Positions 23,203 to 24,000 of a DNA stretch of 24,000 nt are shown here, in pieces (the stretch's first letter is position 1; each line of letters begins with the position of its first letter). The notes under the pieces were generated by a model. It saw only the letters and a list, made by a program, of their open reading frames with translations. It was not told the origin of the DNA and made no database searches. Location: NCBI RefSeq assembly GCF_027359575.1, contig NZ_CP114784.1, positions 719,819 through 743,818 on the forward strand, read 5' to 3'. Made by a program: the position numbers and the translations under genes. Source of the DNA: Prochlorococcus marinus str. MIT 0917. Lineage in GTDB: Bacteria > Cyanobacteriota > Cyanobacteriia > PCC-6307 > Cyanobiaceae.

Positions 23203-24000
23203 ATGAACGTTCTATTATCTATAGCTGTACTTGGCCTTCTGATTTTTTTTCATGAGTCTGGTCATTTTTTAGCAGCAGTTCTTCAAAAAATCAAAGTCAG
23301 TGGTTTTTCAATTGGTTTTGGACCAGCTCTTTTGAAAAAGGAAATAAATGGAATTACTTATTCACTTAGATCTCTTCCTCTAGGGGGATTCGTGTCATTT
23401 CCTGATGAAGAAACTGATTCATTAGTTCAACCCAATGACCCAGATCTTTTAAAGAATAGACCAATTCACCAAAGGGCAATAGTTATTTCAGCGGGTGTAA
23501 TAGCAAATTTATTACTTGCTTGGATAGTACTTATTGGTCAAGCAAGCTTTGTAGGGATTCCTAATCAACCTGAACCTGGAGTAATAATCATGGGAATCCA
23601 GCCAGACGAGCCTGCATTTAATTCAGGATTAGTTGCTGGAGATCGAATAATGAGCGTAAACGGTGAAGAATTAGGCAGCGGTAAAGAAGGCATTATGAAT
23701 TTAGTCAATATCATTCAAAAATCATCTGGAGAAGAATTACTTTTTGAGAGAATTAATGAAGGAGAAAGCGAGACGGTTTCTATAATCCCATCTGAAAACG
23801 AAGGGAATGGGAGGATAGGAGCTCAGTTGCAACCAAATCTTCCCAATGAAGTATCGAAAGCAAAGAATATTGGAGAAATATTGGACAGCTCAAATTCACA
23901 ATTTTATGAATTACTAAGTCGGACAGTTATTGGTTATAAAAGTTTGATTACTAATTTCTCTTCAACTGCTCAGCAGTTGAGTGGACCAGTCAAAATAGTT
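23203..24000 (+). CDS. rseP: RIP site-2 metalloprotease RseP/M50 family, 5' part (runs off the window), not in ORF track
   Basis: Translation from ATG 23203 gives MNVLLSIAVLGLLIFFHESGHFLAAV (HExxH in TM1), then LPLGGFV, then a PDZ-like segment (GLVAGDRIMSVNGEEL). The frame stays open to base 24000. Confidence 0.9.
   Translation, partial: MNVLLSIAVLGLLIFFHESGHFLAAVLQKIKVSGFSIGFGPALLKKEINGITYSLRSLPLGGFVSFPDEETDSLVQPNDPDLLKNRPIHQRAIVISAGVIANLLLAWIVLIGQASFVGIPNQPEPGVIIMGIQPDEPAFNSGLVAGDRIMSVNGEELGSGKEGIMNLVNIIQKSSGEELLFERINEGESETVSIIPSENEGNGRIGAQLQPNLPNEVSKAKNIGEILDSSNSQFYELLSRTVIGYKSLITNFSSTAQQLSGPVKIV

Overview
This is a strongly AT-rich cyanobacterial chromosomal segment. Gene content and order suggest a marine picocyanobacterium, most likely a high-light-adapted Prochlorococcus; that is an inference and was not verified by any search. 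The window has two parts.

(1) Bases 1-4.9 kb look accessory or island-like. They hold many short lineage-specific ORFs:
- a tightly coupled small-gene cassette at the left edge
- two diverged paralogous 66-aa genes
- a 484-nt coding-free AT-rich spacer
- a possibly frameshifted HTH-like gene
- a membrane-anchored protein built from perfect 18/54-nt tandem repeats (PVEEEx hexapeptides)
- an NTF2/SnoaL-like protein
- a compositionally atypical Trp-rich exported peptide

(2) From 4.9 kb onward the genes are mostly recognisable:
- the peroxiredoxin bcp/prxQ
- a 778-aa TPR plus class-I SAM methyltransferase fusion
- a single-PQ-loop SemiSWEET-type transporter
- three uncharacterised membrane proteins
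- flavodoxin isiB, whose true start is 147 nt inside the ORF-track call
- a minus-strand EamA / GT4 / ArnT-like envelope-glycosylation operon
- sppA-aroH
- the cluster rpmH-rnpA-(PH-domain membrane protein)-yidC-(Ycf46-like AAA+ ATPase)-serS-rseP

rpmH (45 aa) and the 3'-truncated rseP are real genes missing from the supplied ORF track. I found no rRNA, tRNA, CRISPR array, transposase or integrase.

I cannot defend any complete novel system from sequence alone. The best leads are the perfect-repeat acidic membrane protein, the left-edge overlapping small-gene cassette with the paralogous 66-aa family, and the PH-domain membrane protein translationally coupled to rnpA in the slot that yidD occupies in other bacteria.
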